Positions 36,158 to 44,430 of a stretch of 64,000 bases of DNA are shown here, one piece after another; within the stretch, counting starts at the first letter, position 1, and every line of letters begins with the position of its first letter. The notes below the pieces were generated by a model. It worked only from the letters and a program-made list of their open reading frames with translations, ran no database searches and was not told the origin of the DNA. The position numbers and the translations under genes are program-made. This DNA comes from a bacterium (GTDB lineage: Bacteria > Bacillota > Clostridia > Oscillospirales > CAG-272): NCBI GenBank assembly GCA_963628435.1, contig CAVGEY010000009.1, positions 13,631 to 77,630 of the forward strand. The letters run 5' to 3'.

Positions 36158-36922
36158 ATGGAAAGTGTCATTCACATGTTAAAGAAATCTCATGGAAAAA
36201 AGAAAAAATTCATAATAATTGCGGCATCGGCAACGGCGGTCGCCATACTGCTGTCCGCTTTTTTTATCTATGTCGGTGATTATTACAGAGCATCTCCCGA
36301 AGTTGCCGACTACCCTAAAAAAAACGATCGGATAAACATCACCGAAATTGATGAAGGTCTTTTCATAGACGGCGCGGGAGAAGAAAACGCACTGATATTT
36401 TATCCCGGCGCAAAAATCGAGTATACATCCTATTTGCCGCTTGTCTGCCTTCTCGCCGAAAACGGAATCGATGTTTTTCTTGTAAAAATGCCGTTCAACC
36501 TTGCGTTTTTCGGAATAAATAAAGCCGATAAAATCATCGAAGATTATCGGTATGAGCATTGGTATCTCGGCGGACATTCGCTCGGCGGCGCGATGGCGGC
36601 GGATTATGCCGCAAAACACGGAAACGGAATTGACGGTCTCGTACTTCTTGCGGCATATACAGCCTCTGATCTTAAAGAATCAGATCTCGATGTGCTGACC
36701 GTCTATGGCTCAAACGACGGCGTTCTCAACATGGAAAAAATCGAGCAGGGCCGCGAACTTGTACCCGAAAATTCGGTCGAAACGGTAATAGACGGCGGAA
36801 ATCATGCGTATTTCGGCTTATACGGAGAACAAAAAGGAGATAACGCCGCAACGATTTCACACGAGGAACAGTGGAGACAGACGGCCGATGCGATTGTGAA
36901 AATGCTGAAAACGGCAAAATAA
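36158..36922 (+). CDS. alpha/beta hydrolase, membrane-anchored
   Basis: 254 aa. N-terminal TM helix (FIIIAASATAVAILLSAFFIYV). Nucleophile elbow GGHSLGG. Late Asp and His (SNDGV, GGNHAYF). The alternative start ATG at 36176 is equally possible. Confidence 0.75.
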   Translation: MESVIHMLKKSHGKKKKFIIIAASATAVAILLSAFFIYVGDYYRASPEVADYPKKNDRINITEIDEGLFIDGAGEENALIFYPGAKIEYTSYLPLVCLLAENGIDVFLVKMPFNLAFFGINKADKIIEDYRYEHWYLGGHSLGGAMAADYAAKHGNGIDGLVLLAAYTASDLKESDLDVLTVYGSNDGVLNMEKIEQGRELVPENSVETVIDGGNHAYFGLYGEQKGDNAATISHEEQWRQTADAIVKMLKTAK

Positions 36923-36927
36923 AATAT

Positions 36928-36958
36928 AAAAGAGGATTGACGGCCGTCAGTCCTCTTT
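36928..36958. terminator. bidirectional terminator hairpin overlapping the 3' end of the Crp/Fnr gene
   Basis: AAAGAGGATTGACGG / CCGTCAGTCCTCTTT, a 15-bp stem with one G-U pair. Flanked by A-rich and T-rich runs. Confidence 0.7.
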
Positions 36959-37621
36959 TATGTGTAAAATAAAATGATTTCTGTCAAAATCAAGCAGACC
37001 GTCATTTTTCATTTTTCCGAGTTCGAGTGAAAGGCCGCTTCTCTCAACAGCCAGATAATCGGCAAGCTGCTGTCTCGAAAAAGGAATGTCGAATTCATAT
37101 TTTCCGATGCGCTGCGCCTCTGCCGAAAAATAGGACATCAGCTTTGCTCTTGTTGTGCGCTGCGCCATGTGGGTGAGTTTTTCGCTGAGCATCAGATTTT
37201 TGTTTGCGAGCTCACCGAGTAGATTTTTCACCACTCTGCCGTGATGTTCGCATGAAGACGGGCAGATCGAAAGTATCTTTGAAACATTGAGAAAAATCAC
37301 CGTGACCGCCGTTTCCGCATATATGCTCACATCGAGAACGGCACCTTTAGCACACGCGTATGCGGCGGCGAATGTCTCACCCGGTCTGACGGTTGACAGA
37401 ATATTCCGATTCCCCCAGATGTCCTCCTGCGTTACGAGAATCGTACCCGAAAGCAGAATCCCGACTGAATCGGTAGTGTCACCAACACGCAGTATATATG
37501 TATCCTTGCCGTAATTTTCTTTTCTTGCTTCAAGACAGCCGAGCATTCCCTTGATTTCATTTTCCGAAATGCCGAAAAACAGTCTTGATGAGCGGATAAT
37601 CTGTAAATAATTTTCCATCAT
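36947..37621 (-). CDS. Crp/Fnr family transcriptional regulator (HcpR-like by context)
   Basis: 224 aa. N-terminal cNMP-binding beta-barrel and C-terminal HTH (SRQQLADYLAVERSGLSLELGKM). Divergent from a ferredoxin / HCP-like operon. Confidence 0.85.
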   Translation of the reverse strand: MMENYLQIIRSSRLFFGISENEIKGMLGCLEARKENYGKDTYILRVGDTTDSVGILLSGTILVTQEDIWGNRNILSTVRPGETFAAAYACAKGAVLDVSIYAETAVTVIFLNVSKILSICPSSCEHHGRVVKNLLGELANKNLMLSEKLTHMAQRTTRAKLMSYFSAEAQRIGKYEFDIPFSRQQLADYLAVERSGLSLELGKMKNDGLLDFDRNHFILHIKED

Positions 37622-37630
37622 TTCTCCTTT

Positions 37631-37646
37631 TGTTGAAAATTCAACA
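37631..37646. promoter_or_regulatory. candidate Crp/Fnr-type operator TGTTGAAAATTCAACA
   Basis: 16-bp palindrome with 14 of 16 symmetric positions and TGTTG-N6-CAACA geometry, like CRP's TGTGA-N6-TCACA. It lies 10 bp upstream of the regulator's start codon. Its centre is about 41.5 bp upstream of the TSS predicted from TATAAT at 37668-37673. Confidence 0.5.
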
Positions 37647-37753
37647 GACTTGATGAAAAAATTATACTATAATAAACCCGAAAAAGCAATAAGAACAATT
37701 CGAAAATATTTTTCGGAGATTAAGAATTTAATCGAAAGGGAACGGTTATAAAT

Positions 37754-38464
37754 ATGAAAAGAAAAATTATCGAAATCGACAGTGAAAAGTGCATAGGATG
37801 CGGCGCATGCGCAGATGCCTGCCATGAGGGCGCGATTGCCATGGTTGACGGAAAAGCGGTTCTCATGAGAGATGACTACTGCGACGGATTCGGAGACTGC
37901 CTGCCCACCTGTCCGACAGATGCGATTTCGTTTACTGTTCGCGAGGCTGCCGCATACGACGAAAAAGCGGTTATGGAATCTAAAAAGGAAAAAATGCAAA
38001 AAAAAGCCGCCGCGCTGCCGTGCGGCTGCCCCGGAACTCAGGCAAAGAAAATAGACAGAGCCGAAAATGCCGATGACAACGTCTGCCGTACCGAACAGCA
38101 GAGCCGTCTTTCACAGTGGCCGGTACAGATTAAACTTGTATCGCCCAAGGCCGCATATTTCGACGGTGCCAAGCTTCTTATAGCCGCCGACTGCACCGCC
38201 TACGCATACGCCTCTTTCCACGAACGCTTTATAAAAGGTCATATCACCATTGTCGGATGCCCTAAACTCGACAGCATCGATTATACAGATAAACTTTATG
38301 AAATTATCGCAAATAACGATATAAAGAGCGTAACCGTTGTTCGTATGGAAGTTCCGTGCTGCGGAGGACTCGAAAATGCGGCAATTAACGCACTGAAAAA
38401 GAGCGGTAAATTTATTCCGTGGCAGGTAGTGACAATATCAACCGACGGCAGAATACTCGACTGA
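37754..38464 (+). CDS. 4Fe-4S dicluster ferredoxin-domain protein (FrdX-like)
   Basis: 236 aa. Two CxxCxxCxxxCP-type motifs (CIGCGACADACHEGA, CDGFGDCLPTCPTDA). The C-terminal Cys-rich domain contains GCPKLD and VPCCGG. Confidence 0.8.
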   Translation: MKRKIIEIDSEKCIGCGACADACHEGAIAMVDGKAVLMRDDYCDGFGDCLPTCPTDAISFTVREAAAYDEKAVMESKKEKMQKKAAALPCGCPGTQAKKIDRAENADDNVCRTEQQSRLSQWPVQIKLVSPKAAYFDGAKLLIAADCTAYAYASFHERFIKGHITIVGCPKLDSIDYTDKLYEIIANNDIKSVTVVRMEVPCCGGLENAAINALKKSGKFIPWQVVTISTDGRILD

Positions 38465-38516
38465 ATTGTTCCGATCTGCGGTCATGCCGAATGTATAAAG
38501 AACGACGGAGAATAAA

Positions 38517-39311
38517 ATGGATAAAACAGCTTTTCGGGTTAAAATGAAAACCGACGACGGAATATGCGGAAAAAATGCATCCGATGATTATTTTGACAAC
38601 TGCGATAAACTTGTCGGTGCGCTTGTGGGACTTGCCCGGGCGGCAGACGGCGAGCCACAGACATCTTATGAAACATTAAAAACAATGATAGAGTGTCTTT
38701 CTTCGCTGCCGGCGGAAACCGCCTGCGGGGAAAGAAATGCCGATGCACTGATAAGTCTTGTTCATGACGAAAAGAAAAGACTTGCGCCCGGATGCGCGGA
38801 ATGTGCGTCTCCCTGCGGAAGAACCGCCGATTATGATATGGAGGAGCTTTGGAATTCCGATGACGGCGTTCGCGGTCTTAAGCTCCTGATTCTGCTCGGA
38901 CTGCGCGGACTTGCGATAAAAATCAGATTCGCTTTTGAACTCGGTATAGATGTGAAGAAAAATTGCGGTATTTTTCAAAAAGCGCTTTTTGCGGTCGGTG
39001 AGGAATTCAATGAAGATTATCTTATTGGTATCGCTGCCGAGATCGGCGAAAAAATGCTTGACTGTATGAAGCTGATTGACAGCGAAGATGCAGACTCGCG
39101 CATCGAAAAATGCCGTATCGGTCATGATGATGAAAATTGCGGACATTGCTTTGTCTTTTTTAACTGCGCCGGCTCGGATGAAAATTTCCTGTCCGCACAT
39201 ACCGGAGGAAGTCTTGTGAATCTCAAAATAAAAGACACGCTCGTCCCCGTATTTGTGACAGAGTCGGCGGCAGAATATCTGTCATCCGCTTTTGAAATCA
39301 TCGAAAAATAA
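38517..39311 (+). CDS. hybrid-cluster-protein (Hcp) N-terminal-domain-like protein, truncated relative to full-length Hcp
   Basis: 264 aa. GICGKNASDDYFDNCDKLVGALVGLA resembles E. coli Hcp [24 protein letters not shown], and GLKLLILLGLRGLA resembles GLRLLCLYGLKGAA (alignment from memory). It lacks the N-terminal Cys cluster and the C-terminal hybrid-cluster domains. Confidence 0.5.
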   Translation: MDKTAFRVKMKTDDGICGKNASDDYFDNCDKLVGALVGLARAADGEPQTSYETLKTMIECLSSLPAETACGERNADALISLVHDEKKRLAPGCAECASPCGRTADYDMEELWNSDDGVRGLKLLILLGLRGLAIKIRFAFELGIDVKKNCGIFQKALFAVGEEFNEDYLIGIAAEIGEKMLDCMKLIDSEDADSRIEKCRIGHDDENCGHCFVFFNCAGSDENFLSAHTGGSLVNLKIKDTLVPVFVTESAAEYLSSAFEIIEK

Positions 39312-39322
39312 TTATCATCCGT

Positions 39323-39360
39323 AAACGGGTGCCGATAATCGGTTCGGCATCCGTTTTTGA
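39323..39360 (+). terminator. rho-independent terminator
   Basis: AAACGGGTGCCG ... CGGCATCCGTTT, a 12-bp stem with one G-U pair, running into TTTTTGATTTT. Confidence 0.75.
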
Positions 39361-39502
39361 TTTTCGGCATTCTGTAACTTTTTTTTGAAAAATTACCGTA
39401 ATACCGCTTTTTTATTGTCCGTTGTGATATAATTACAAAGTGAAAATGAATTTTCCGATTCCGGGACAGTTTGATTTTTACGGAAGGGAAGGCTTTCCGA
39501 CA

Positions 39503-40204
39503 ATGAGAAAAATACTGAAATGGTTTGATAACTTTTGGTATCATTATAAATGGATAATAATCATCAGTTCTTTTTTTGCTGCGATATTTGCGATAGGTAT
39601 TTATCAGATTGCGACACGCAGTGAATATGATTTGAAAATTGTGTATGCAGGCCCGTCGGTTCTTATTGACGATGAAAAATCCGACGGTATCAAATCTGCT
39701 TTTGCCGGATTTATCGAAAAGGATATCACGGGCGACGGCAAAAAGACGGTTCTCCTGCATTCTTATTCGATTGTGTCGGATAAACAGTTGGAAGAACTCA
39801 GAGATGAGGCAAAAAAAGACAATGACTTTGTTTATTACGATGTTTCGCTGAGAGACGATGCCGTAAGCAGCATATCAACGCTGCTTGTAACCGGAGAGGC
39901 TTCGATCTGCCTTTTCGACGAGTATGTCTATACTAAATTTTCAGATGAAGATTTGTTTGTTCCTCTTTCCGAAATACTCGGTTATAAACCCGATTATGCC
40001 GTAGATGATTATGCTGTAAAACTATCGGATACCGGCTTCGGAAAATATTTTACGGCACTTGATGCGATAGACGGCGATACACTGATTTGTGTCAGAAAGC
40101 TGTCCTATCTTTCGGGCGCGGGAAAATCGGAAAGCTCAAAAAAAGAGCACGAACTTGCCGTCGAAACCTTCCGCAAAATTCTCGAATTTGAAAGCCCGAA
40201 CTGA
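39503..40204 (+). CDS. hypothetical membrane-anchored protein
   Basis: The start is set at ATG 39503 (MRKILKWFDNFWYHYKWIIIISSFFAAIFAIGIY, N-terminal TM helix) after GGAAGGGAAGG. The track ORF begins at 39440. I recognised no motif. Confidence 0.6.
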   Translation: MRKILKWFDNFWYHYKWIIIISSFFAAIFAIGIYQIATRSEYDLKIVYAGPSVLIDDEKSDGIKSAFAGFIEKDITGDGKKTVLLHSYSIVSDKQLEELRDEAKKDNDFVYYDVSLRDDAVSSISTLLVTGEASICLFDEYVYTKFSDEDLFVPLSEILGYKPDYAVDDYAVKLSDTGFGKYFTALDAIDGDTLICVRKLSYLSGAGKSESSKKEHELAVETFRKILEFESPN

Positions 40205-40339
40205 TGCCGCAGTTTGAAATTCGCCACAAAGCAATATTTCGGTTGTCTATACCGCATGGCAATTCTGCACAAAAAACAAAAAAATCTTTTGTGCAATGGT
40301 ACAAATCGCAATTTTATTGAAATTTTGACCGTCAAACCA

Positions 40340-40368
40340 TTGATTAAAAAAAAAAAAGATGTTATAAT
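40340..40368 (+). promoter_or_regulatory. putative promoter of the OppA-like lipoprotein gene
   Basis: TTGATT at 40340-45, a 17-nt spacer containing an A12 run, TGt, and TATAAT at 40363-68. Confidence 0.5.
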
Positions 40369-40421
40369 ACCGAAGAGAAAATGTAACCGATACTTCTCAG
40401 AGTATTAAGGGGGAAATAGAC

Positions 40422-42335
40422 TTGAAAAAACTGATTGCAATAATGCTTTGTATCATCACAATCCTCTGCACTTTTGCGGGCTGTGTGAAGAAGGAAGATC
40501 CGGGCGCCGAGATAAATGCGTATATGAAACGCCCGACGACATTTGATCCCGCCATCGCATACTCTGATCAGGCATCGGCGCAGTTCCTGTCCATGATATA
40601 TCAGGGACTTTTTACGATTAACGAAAACGGATCGCTTGAAAAAGCGATGTGCAAGAGCTATACGGTTGACGGCAATGTCATAGAGTTCAAGCTCAAAGAC
40701 ACCTGCTGGTCTGACGGTACCACTGTAGACGCCGATGACTACGTATACGCGTGGAAGAGAATCCTCAATCCCGAATTCTCATCCGAGGCGGCATCTCTCC
40801 TTTTCTATATAAAGAATGCCAAAGAGGTTAAAAACGGAGATGTTCCGATTGACAATCTCTGCCTGTATGCTTCGGGTACATCGATTATCAGAGTGGAACT
40901 TATCGATGAATCTTATGTCGATAAATTCATATATAATACCGCGAGCGTTGCTCTTTATCCGCTTCGTGAGGATGCCGTAAACAAGATCTCGGTAAGCGAG
41001 CCTTTCTATGACAGCAAAATCGATGAAAAGACAGGACTCAGCATACTTGACGGCAATAAATATCTTACCGATTACAGCTGGAGCACACTTGCAACCATCC
41101 TCGTATCCTGCGGCCCGTTCTATGTTAAGAAGGTAGACTATTACCCCGAAAGCGGCAACTCGTCGGTACTTCTCGAGAGAAACAAATACTACTACCGCGA
41201 TACAAGCGATACGAGCGACGATGCACTTCGTAAGGAAGTGAATCCGAACAGAGTTTATGTTGAGTTCTATTCGACAAAGTCGACCGAATCCGCGGCAAAA
41301 GCCTATGAAGCGTATAACGCGGGTACACTCAGTGCGTTCAATGAACTTCCGATTCTTTATGATTCGAACCTTCCGCTTGCAAACAGAACGGCAAACGATG
41401 ATGTTCATGATCTCAACGCAACCTATACGTATTACTTTAACCTGAGCAATCCGCTTTTTGAAAAAGCCGAAGTACGCAAAGCACTTTCCGCGGTTCTTGA
41501 CCGTAATAAGATTGCGTCTATTGTCGTTTACGGCAAGGCGGCAACCGGTATTGTCAACGATAGCGTTTTCTATACAACCAAAAAGACATCCTTCCGCGAA
41601 AAAGCGGGTAATCTGCTCGGCTCGTCTATGACGATTGCCGAAGCGAAAGCCGCCATCACGGCGGCCGGTGCATCTACCGGATCGATTAAACTTACCGTTC
41701 GTGACGATGAGGCCGAAATCGCGGTTGCCGAATATGTTAAATCGGTCTGGGAACAGCTCGGATATACCGTTGAAATCGAGTCACTCGGTATTCAGTCGAC
41801 ACGTTTCTATCAGGTTACCGGTAAGAAAAACGACGAATATGATGTTCAGGCGGTTTATGAGGGCCTCACAAGAGACCTTTACCTTGAGAAATATAAATCG
41901 GGTGAGTTCGATGTAATCGGCGTTCAGTACAGCATGCTGTCAACCGATCCGTTCGCATCGCTTGCATCATTCGCATCGAAGTATTCCGGAAACGCTTATG
42001 ATTTCAGCGAATCTGCCGAAGAGTTTGACCCCATCAAACATATAACCGGCTACGACAGCGAAGAATACGGCGCGCTCATAACCGAATATCTCTCCGAGAC
42101 CGACGAAGAAAAACGTGCGGAAATTCTCGTAAATGCCGAGAAACTCCTTATGGAAGATATGCCGGTTACACCTCTCTACTTTATGCAGACCGGTTCGGTG
42201 AGCAGCAGCAGACTGACAGGTATTAAATACACATTTGACGGATTTACCGATTTTATTGACGCATCCGATAAAGATTATGTTTATGCGGTTGAAGCGGTAA
42301 TCCTTCCCACAAGAAAGCACAGCTTTTTCGACTGA
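40422..42335 (+). CDS. ABC-type peptide/nickel family-5 solute-binding lipoprotein (OppA-like), without adjacent permease genes
   Basis: 637 aa. TTG start after AAGGGGGA. Lipobox TFAGC|VKK. Sequence resembles family-5 SBPs (YQGLFT, WSDGT..DADDYVYAWKR). Confidence 0.8.
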   Translation: MKKLIAIMLCIITILCTFAGCVKKEDPGAEINAYMKRPTTFDPAIAYSDQASAQFLSMIYQGLFTINENGSLEKAMCKSYTVDGNVIEFKLKDTCWSDGTTVDADDYVYAWKRILNPEFSSEAASLLFYIKNAKEVKNGDVPIDNLCLYASGTSIIRVELIDESYVDKFIYNTASVALYPLREDAVNKISVSEPFYDSKIDEKTGLSILDGNKYLTDYSWSTLATILVSCGPFYVKKVDYYPESGNSSVLLERNKYYYRDTSDTSDDALRKEVNPNRVYVEFYSTKSTESAAKAYEAYNAGTLSAFNELPILYDSNLPLANRTANDDVHDLNATYTYYFNLSNPLFEKAEVRKALSAVLDRNKIASIVVYGKAATGIVNDSVFYTTKKTSFREKAGNLLGSSMTIAEAKAAITAAGASTGSIKLTVRDDEAEIAVAEYVKSVWEQLGYTVEIESLGIQSTRFYQVTGKKNDEYDVQAVYEGLTRDLYLEKYKSGEFDVIGVQYSMLSTDPFASLASFASKYSGNAYDFSESAEEFDPIKHITGYDSEEYGALITEYLSETDEEKRAEILVNAEKLLMEDMPVTPLYFMQTGSVSSSRLTGIKYTFDGFTDFIDASDKDYVYAVEAVILPTRKHSFFD

Positions 42336-42370
42336 TTGAATTTCAAGTCAGACAGGAATTGGAATAAAGA

Positions 42371-42405
42371 ACGAGGGGCGGGTTTTCACGCCCCTCGTAT
42401 TTTTT
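42371..42405 (+). terminator. rho-independent terminator
   Basis: ACGAGGGGCG, loop ggttttca, CGCCCCTCGT (10-bp GC-rich stem), followed by ATTTTTTG. Confidence 0.85.
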
Positions 42406-42428
42406 GAAAATAAAACAGGAGGTAGCCG

Positions 42429-42977
42429 ATGGTAACACGTTTGTATGACAAAAACGAAATAAAAATATTTATCCTTTTTATACTCAACAGTCTCAACCGA
42501 CCGATGAAGTATGAGGATATCAATGACACGATAATGCAGGACGGTATTGTCGGCGGCCTTGATTTTGCCGACTGTTTTGCCGATCTTATAGATGCCGGAA
42601 ACATAAAAGAGGTCAAGGATGAAGACGACCTTTATTATGAGCTGACGCTTCAGGGAAAACAGGTAATAGACAGCCTCCAAAACGATATACCGAAATCGGT
42701 ACGTACTCAGGGCCTCAAATCGGCATTCAGACTTCTCGATTTCAAGGAAAGAGGATCCGAGATATCGGCAAATTATACTCTCCGCGATGACGGGAAGTAT
42801 GATCTCTGCTGCAGCATAATAGATGAGAAACAGCTGTCTCTCGAGATTAAGCTGATAGTCGAAAGTTCAAATCAGCTTGAACTTATGATGCATAATTTCG
42901 ATGACAGACCGGAGGTAATGTATCGCGGCATCATAGCCCTGCTTACCGGCGACATTGAATATCTTCTCAATGACTGA
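42429..42977 (+). CDS. DUF4364-like (winged-helix) protein
   Basis: 182 aa. The N-terminus KNEIKIFILFILNSLNRPMKYEDINDTIM resembles the DUF4364 family common in Clostridia. This is from memory, not searched. Confidence 0.5.
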   Translation: MVTRLYDKNEIKIFILFILNSLNRPMKYEDINDTIMQDGIVGGLDFADCFADLIDAGNIKEVKDEDDLYYELTLQGKQVIDSLQNDIPKSVRTQGLKSAFRLLDFKERGSEISANYTLRDDGKYDLCCSIIDEKQLSLEIKLIVESSNQLELMMHNFDDRPEVMYRGIIALLTGDIEYLLND

Positions 42978-43121
42978 CCGCCTTTTTGCCGCTGATTGTA
43001 TAATTTTGCCTATTTTACGGCATAGTTACCAAAAACCTGTTCAAAAAAAATAATATAATTTGCGCAGTTTGTGTATTTATTTCTTTTGTATATAAAAAGT
43101 AACAAAGTTGTAAATAATCTA

Positions 43122-43149
43122 TTGACAAATGAAAAAATTGTGATATAAT
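43122..43149 (+). promoter_or_regulatory. putative promoter of the sigma-factor gene
   Basis: TTGACA at 43122-27, a 16-nt spacer, TGa, and TATAAT at 43144-49. Confidence 0.55.
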
Positions 43150-43214
43150 TGTTGAAAATTATAAAAGTACGATTTTTATGTTGAAGTGGTATTCGACTTA
43201 TTCCGTGGCAGCCG

Positions 43215-43799
43215 ATGAACGTGAAAAAGCAGAAAAAGAAAAGTACGAATGAGCGATTGATAAATGATATTTTGTCCGAGATTAAGGACGGAAATGACAG
43301 CAGATTCGATGAACTTTGCAGATTGTATCGCCCGCTTGTCGAACGTTCCGCTCTGTCGGCAGCCGAAAGGTACTCCGGATACGGGGCGGAGGCCGATGAC
43401 TTCAGGCAGGAATGCATACTTGCCCTTTATAATGCGGCAAAAAGCTATAATACCGAACAGACCGGCGTCACATTCGGACTTTATGCCAAGATATGCCTGA
43501 GAAACAGAATCATATCGGTCGGCCGTAAACTTACAAAACGGACATCCTCTCTTAAATCCGATTCGACAATACCGGATGATGACGTAAGTCACGGTACGGA
43601 TTATTCGGCATCATCACCCGAATATACTGTCACCGATGAAATGCTCGGCTGTTTTTCCGGATATGAAAGGGAAGTCTGGAAGCTCTATGTAAAAGGCTTT
43701 TCGTATTCGGATATGGCAATGAAACTTCAAAAAAGCGAAAAATCGATTGATAACGCAGTTTATCGTGTCCGCTCAAAACTTAAAAAAGCGGCGCGGTGA
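43215..43799 (+). CDS. sigma-70 family RNA polymerase sigma factor (SigH-like by neighbourhood)
   Basis: 194 aa. Region 2 (LYRPLVERSALSAA...EADDFRQECILALYNAAKSY) and region 4 HTH (SYSDMAMKLQKSEKSIDNAVYRVRSKLKK). It lies near rlmB, as sigH does in Bacillus. Confidence 0.8.
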   Translation: MNVKKQKKKSTNERLINDILSEIKDGNDSRFDELCRLYRPLVERSALSAAERYSGYGAEADDFRQECILALYNAAKSYNTEQTGVTFGLYAKICLRNRIISVGRKLTKRTSSLKSDSTIPDDDVSHGTDYSASSPEYTVTDEMLGCFSGYEREVWKLYVKGFSYSDMAMKLQKSEKSIDNAVYRVRSKLKKAAR

Positions 43800-43910
43800 A
43801 TATATATGCCCCGATAGTTTAATGTAAAGCATCGGCAACGAGATGGCGGACAAATCCGCCTCGGGACAAAAATTCTTTATTTTTTTATTTTTCAAAGCGA
43901 GGTAAAACAA

Positions 43911-44192
43911 ATGTACCAGGACATCACATTGAAGTGCAAGGATTGCGGCAACGAGTTTGTATTCACAGCAGGTGAGCAGGAATTCTATGCTGAAAAGGGC
44001 TTCCAGAATCAGCCCCAGAGATGCAAGGCCTGCCGCGATGCAAAGAAGAATGCATCGAAGCCCCAGAGAGAAATGTTCACCGCAATTTGCGCAGACTGCG
44101 GCAAGGAATGCAAGATTCCTTTCCAGCCTTCAAACGACAGACCCGTATACTGCAGCGAATGCTTTGCGGCAAGAAGAGGAGAGCAGCGCTGA
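43911..44192 (+). CDS. zinc-ribbon protein with two CxxC...CxxC modules
   Basis: 93 aa. CKDC-x25-CKAC, then CADC-x17-CSEC (CxxC-x17-CxxC type). RBS GCGAGGTAA. Confidence 0.75.
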   Translation: MYQDITLKCKDCGNEFVFTAGEQEFYAEKGFQNQPQRCKACRDAKKNASKPQREMFTAICADCGKECKIPFQPSNDRPVYCSECFAARRGEQR

Positions 44193-44270
44193 GCAGCTGT
44201 CGGCAGGAGCCTATTCGTTAATTCGCTTGGCTGGATGGTGTGAGTGATTTCCTAATCATATAGACCGTCA

Positions 44271-44306
44271 GGGACGCATCGTAAGATGTGTCCCTTCTGT
44301 TTTTTC
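44271..44306 (+). terminator. rho-independent terminator
   Basis: GGGACGCATC, loop gtaa, GATGTGTCCC (10-bp stem with one G-U pair), followed by TTCTGTTTTTTC. Confidence 0.75.
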
Positions 44307-44430
44307 GGCTCTTTTTTACTTTGCGGAAAAAAACTATGTACATTTTCTCTTAAGTATGATATAATATCATTTGTGTAGTTATGCACTGTTGAACTGAGAA
44401 CTTTTAATATATCCGAAGCGGAGAAAACAG

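Noticed and set aside
40266-40295. Inverted repeat TGCACAAAA...TTTTGTGCA between the 39503 gene and the OppA-like gene.
   Set aside because: It could be a weak terminator or an operator. There is no U-tract, the loop is an A-run, and nothing corroborates either role. The evidence is too weak to call.
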